Positions 60,452-64,000 of a DNA stretch of 64,000 nt are shown here, one piece after another (the stretch's first letter is position 1; every line of letters begins with the position of its first letter). The notes beneath the pieces were generated by a model that was not told the origin of the DNA, searched no databases, and saw only the letters and a program-made list of their open reading frames with translations. Source of the DNA: Phycisphaerae bacterium (GTDB lineage Bacteria > Planctomycetota > Phycisphaerae > UBA1845 > Fen-1342); contig JANRJD010000032.1 of assembly GCA_033764195.1 (NCBI GenBank), forward strand, positions 362,262-426,261, in the 5' to 3' direction. A program made the translations under genes and the position numbers.

Positions 60452-63193
60452 ATGTTCACGTCTGGAAATCGTTCCGAATCGTTCGATCGCCCGGTCCCGA
60501 CACGCGGCTTCGCCGGTGAGAAATTCTTACGGCGGACTTTGCTCATCGCCGCACTCGGCTGCATCGTCGTGTCGGCCGGCGCCATGCCGCCCAACGATGA
60601 CTGCTCCACCCCGACCCCGATCACCGGAAACGGCCCTTTCACCTTCACCATGCAAGGTGCAGCGTTCACGCCTCGTCCGGCGTGCGGCACTGACATCGCT
60701 CACGATGTCTGGTTCTGCTGGACGGCGAGTTGCGATGGACAGATCACCATCAGCACCTGCGGTCAGACCAACCTCGACACCCTCATCGAACTTTATGCCG
60801 GCTGCGGCTGCCCCAGCTCGGTGGTGCCCAATCCCGACCTTCTCTGTTGTAACGACGACGCTCCGGGCACAGCGGGCACTCCCGGCTGCGCTCCGCAGAG
60901 CGAAGTGACCTGCAACGTCGTCTGCGGCCAGCAATACATGATTCGCATTGCCGATCGCAACTTCAACGGCGCGCTGGGCGTCGGCGGCGGCACGTTCTCA
61001 ATCACATGCCCCGTCGCCTGCCCGCCGCCGCAGCCGCCGGTTTGCGAAGATTGCTGCGCTGCCACGCCGCATTTCAGCGGCTTCCCCGGCACGGTGGCCG
61101 TCATGACGCAGGAGCGCAGCTCCGGCGACCCGCTGCTGATCGACCACGCCGTCGATCTGATCGACATCTCGAATCAAGGTTCCGCGCCGCTCGGCACGAA
61201 CTGGTGCGGTGCGCCCTTCTACCTGCCCAGCGCCGCGCAGGGCTGGACGGTTCAGGACGTCGGCACGGTCTTCGGCGTAACGCTCGACGACGACGGCAGT
61301 ATCTACCTGACGCACACCAGCATCTATGGCCCCAACGTCGTCTTCCCCGCGCCGATCCACGACGTACTCGGCAGCCGCGCTCCTGTCGGGCAGGGCGCCG
61401 GCGCGATCTACAAGATCAACACGAACACCGGCGTATCGAGTCACCTCGTCAGCTTGCCGAACTTCCTCGAGGCCTCGCCCGCCACGAAGTTCGTCAACGT
61501 GCCGCCGGCGAGCGAGCTCTATCCGGGTCTGGGCAACATCTGCTTCGATTGCCGCTCGTCGAATCTCTTCGTCTCCAACTTCGAAGACGGCCGCGTCTAT
61601 CGCATCACCAAAAATGGCGCGATCGTGGAGAGCTATGACCACGCGACCGGCGCGATCACGCCCTGGGGCGGCAGCGCGCCGGAGTCCGCCGACCCGCCAG
61701 GCTGGTGCCCGCTGGGCGAGCGCGTCTGGGCCGTCGGCGTGAATCAGGGCCGGCTCTACTACAGCGTCTGGGTCGAAGACCTGAATCAGTTCTTCGGCGG
61801 AACCAACCGCGTCGCGCCAAACTACACCGGCGCCAACGAAATCTGGTCGATCCCCGTCTCGCCCACCGGCGCCATCACCGGCACGGCTCAGCTCGAGATC
61901 ACGATGCCCCCGGATCCCAACATGGGCAACGTCTCGAACCCGGTCTCGGATATCTCGTTCACCGACGACTGCTGCATGCTCGTCGCCGAACGCGTGATGA
62001 ACGACGACAGCAGCTCCGGCGCACACCGCGCCCGCACGCTGAAGTTCTGCCAGGACGCCGCCGGCGCCTGGTCGCAGACGACGGACCAGTTCCTCACCGC
62101 TACCGGCGCGCCGGATTCGAGCGCAGGCGGCGTCGCGTTCGACTCCAATCCGTCCACCGCGCGGCCGATCTGGGGAACGTTCGACGCCATGGGCAACGGC
62201 GCTGTCGATTGCGCCGGCGGCCCGTTCGTCTACGGCTTTGCCGGTTTCCCGCTTACCGGCGGCACCACTTACACCAACGCGATTCACGTCGATATCGATC
62301 GCAACACGAGCTCGTTCGACAAGTTCGCGCTGGGCTCGATCGACGTCTCCTGCGTCAAGTGCGCCTCGGTGGAAGATGAGTCCATCCTCTGCGACATCGG
62401 CCCCGCCGGCCCGACAGGCACCTACAGCTACACCTACTGCCTCACCAACAACACCGGCGTCCCGGTTCACTACCTGCTCTATCCGACGCAAACGCCCGCC
62501 GTTGTGTGGGTGGCGCAAAACGGCCCGTGGCTGCCCGGCGAGACGCGCTGCTTCACCACCACGCTCACCGGCAACCCCGGCGACGAGGTCTGCTTCCCGA
62601 TCGTGCTTGCCGACGCAAAGGTTGAGGATTGCTGCCGCGTCGATCTGTGTGTAACGCTCCCCGATTGCTCCTGTCTGCAGTTCCCGCGTTACCAGATCAC
62701 CTGCGATCCCTCGGGCAGCGGCTACAACCTGACCGTCATCCTGCAAAATCTGGCCTACTCGCCGATGGGCCACCTGTTCGTCATTCCCGATCCGCCGAGC
62801 AGCGGCGTCGTGGTCACGCCGAACTACCTGCCGCTGGTTCTGCCGCTCTACGGCACGCAACTGCTCAACTTCTCGGTCGCCGTTCCGCCGGGCGTCGATC
62901 CGCTCTGCCTGCGGTTCACGATTCATACGGCCGATCTTGAGACCTGCTGCTCGGTCGTAAAGTGCATCGACCTGCCGCCTTGCGACACCGGGGCGAGCCT
63001 GCCGTGCGATGCGAACTGCGATGGCGTCATCTCCGTCGGCGATATCAGCGCCTTTGTGATGGCCATCACCGATCCGATGGCCTACATCGCGGCTTATCCG
63101 AATTGCCCGCTCAGCAACTCGGACACGAACAACGATGGCTACGTCACCGTCGGCGACATCTCGTCGTTCGTCGACTGCATCGTGGCTCAGTAA
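60452..63193 (+). CDS. Large secreted Cys-rich protein with beta-propeller-like central region and C-terminal double dockerin-like module
   Basis: Signal/TM segment LLIAALGCIVVSAGA. The C-terminus reads CDANCDGVISVGDISAFVMAITDPMAYIAAYPNCPLSNSDTNNDGYVTVGDISSFVDCIVAQ. The 642-aa antisense ORF is rejected. Confidence 0.7.
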   Translation: MFTSGNRSESFDRPVPTRGFAGEKFLRRTLLIAALGCIVVSAGAMPPNDDCSTPTPITGNGPFTFTMQGAAFTPRPACGTDIAHDVWFCWTASCDGQITISTCGQTNLDTLIELYAGCGCPSSVVPNPDLLCCNDDAPGTAGTPGCAPQSEVTCNVVCGQQYMIRIADRNFNGALGVGGGTFSITCPVACPPPQPPVCEDCCAATPHFSGFPGTVAVMTQERSSGDPLLIDHAVDLIDISNQGSAPLGTNWCGAPFYLPSAAQGWTVQDVGTVFGVTLDDDGSIYLTHTSIYGPNVVFPAPIHDVLGSRAPVGQGAGAIYKINTNTGVSSHLVSLPNFLEASPATKFVNVPPASELYPGLGNICFDCRSSNLFVSNFEDGRVYRITKNGAIVESYDHATGAITPWGGSAPESADPPGWCPLGERVWAVGVNQGRLYYSVWVEDLNQFFGGTNRVAPNYTGANEIWSIPVSPTGAITGTAQLEITMPPDPNMGNVSNPVSDISFTDDCCMLVAERVMNDDSSSGAHRARTLKFCQDAAGAWSQTTDQFLTATGAPDSSAGGVAFDSNPSTARPIWGTFDAMGNGAVDCAGGPFVYGFAGFPLTGGTTYTNAIHVDIDRNTSSFDKFALGSIDVSCVKCASVEDESILCDIGPAGPTGTYSYTYCLTNNTGVPVHYLLYPTQTPAVVWVAQNGPWLPGETRCFTTTLTGNPGDEVCFPIVLADAKVEDCCRVDLCVTLPDCSCLQFPRYQITCDPSGSGYNLTVILQNLAYSPMGHLFVIPDPPSSGVVVTPNYLPLVLPLYGTQLLNFSVAVPPGVDPLCLRFTIHTADLETCCSVVKCIDLPPCDTGASLPCDANCDGVISVGDISAFVMAITDPMAYIAAYPNCPLSNSDTNNDGYVTVGDISSFVDCIVAQ

Positions 63194-63216
63194 CCGTTTA
63201 CGAGGCGAGGTTGTGC

Positions 63217-64000
63217 ATGAGTTCCGCCACGCGACGATTCCAGCGGTTTGCAGCGCCCGGCCTGGCTGCCGGGGCCGGGGCGCTGCTTTTTTCGAGCGCC
63301 GCTCTTGGGCAGACGATCCACACCATTCCGACCTTCGGCGCTCCGCCGTCGGGCGATGACATTTCGGTCGCCTACGCGCTGAACTCCAACGGCTCGGTCG
63401 TCGTCGGCCGTGCCAGCGCGACCGGCACGCTCGCCAGTCAGGCCTTTCGCTGGACCATCGGCGGCGGCATTCAGAACCTCGGCCTCGCCGCCGGCGGGGC
63501 GGAGGCCGTCGCCTGGGATGTCAGCGACAACGGCAATCTCGTCGTCGGTGCCGGACCGAGCGAGAGCTTCGCCGAGCAGGTCTGGCGCTGGACCAACCCC
63601 GGCCCCATCACCTCGATGGGCATCTTCGGGGGCACGGCTCGCGGCGTCAGCGGCAACGGCACCTTCATCGCCGGCACGCACCCCGCCGGCGGCTTCTATC
63701 GCTGGACCAGCGCCGGCGGATTCCAGCTGCTCGGCAACTACCCCGGCACGACGCAGGGCGCATGCTCGGCCATCAGCGCCGACGGCACGACGCTCGTCGG
63801 CTTCTCCGGGCTGGGCGTCTTCGGCTCGACCAATCACGCCGTGAAATGGTCGAGCACAAGCGGCTGGACCGATCTGGGCTTGAGCGGCAACTATGCCCGC
63901 GGCCTGGCCTGCTCGGCGGACGGTCAGATCGTCGTCGGCGAAGCAAATTACGCATTCCCGACATTCATTCACGCCGTCCGCTGGAACGGCGCGGTGATGG
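63217..64000 (+). CDS. HAF-repeat (PEP-CTERM-associated extracellular repeat) protein, 3' end beyond window
   Basis: Hand translation with no stop in frame to the window end. The product has a signal peptide and ~45-aa repeats of the form ...A.gVS.dGsvVVG.....QAFRWT..GG.Q.LG, which resemble the HAF extracellular repeat. It is not in the ORF track because it lacks a stop codon in the window. Confidence 0.6.
   Translation, partial: MSSATRRFQRFAAPGLAAGAGALLFSSAALGQTIHTIPTFGAPPSGDDISVAYALNSNGSVVVGRASATGTLASQAFRWTIGGGIQNLGLAAGGAEAVAWDVSDNGNLVVGAGPSESFAEQVWRWTNPGPITSMGIFGGTARGVSGNGTFIAGTHPAGGFYRWTSAGGFQLLGNYPGTTQGACSAISADGTTLVGFSGLGVFGSTNHAVKWSSTSGWTDLGLSGNYARGLACSADGQIVVGEANYAFPTFIHAVRWNGAVM

Noticed and set aside
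60998-62926. 642-aa minus-strand ORF
   Set aside because: Antisense to the large Cys-rich secreted protein gene, which ends in the conserved dockerin-like module.

Overview
This is a high-GC (roughly 65-70%) bacterial chromosomal segment with the hallmarks of a Planctomycetota-type genome. The supporting features are a DUF1559 prepilin-like protein, a PEP-CTERM protein plus a HAF-repeat protein, two ECF-sigma/Ser-Thr-kinase pairs with TPR or WD40 sensor domains, and a conserved ~60-aa dockerin-like C-terminal module on four unrelated secreted proteins. About 45 genes can be supported. Housekeeping genes include ilvE, ald, glyA, pyrH, purM, xseA, hbd, tatA, a PduO-type cobalamin adenosyltransferase, a YyaL-type thioredoxin-domain protein and one tRNA-Arg. 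There are secreted hydrolases (M43 and M14 peptidases, a GH31-like glycosidase, a beta-lactamase-fold serine hydrolase, an alkaline-phosphatase-superfamily lipoprotein). Transport genes are a HlyD adaptor plus ABC ATPase, an MFS transporter and a DAACS symporter. Signalling genes are a GGDEF protein and the two sigma/kinase pairs. Many long ORFs in the six-frame track are antisense artefacts of the high GC content and are rejected. The most unusual content is a lower-GC (about 52-60%) cassette at roughly 5.7-8.9 kb. It encodes a leucine-rich-repeat protein followed by two paralogous Pol-beta-superfamily nucleotidyltransferases, one with an N-terminal Cys-rich zinc-ribbon, next to a B12-binding radical SAM enzyme and a Uma2 endonuclease. 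This is my best candidate for an undescribed sensing, signalling or defence module. A SelW/Rdx-like selenoprotein gene with an in-frame TGA at a CxxU motif was missed by the ORF track. A tandemly duplicated c-type heme protein unit carries a degenerate 5' gene fragment. A 1.2-kb gene-free gap holds a degenerate tRNA-like element, a long hairpin and TTGTTGGA iterons. A REP-like palindrome family occurs at several gene ends. No CRISPR array, transposase or integrase was found.
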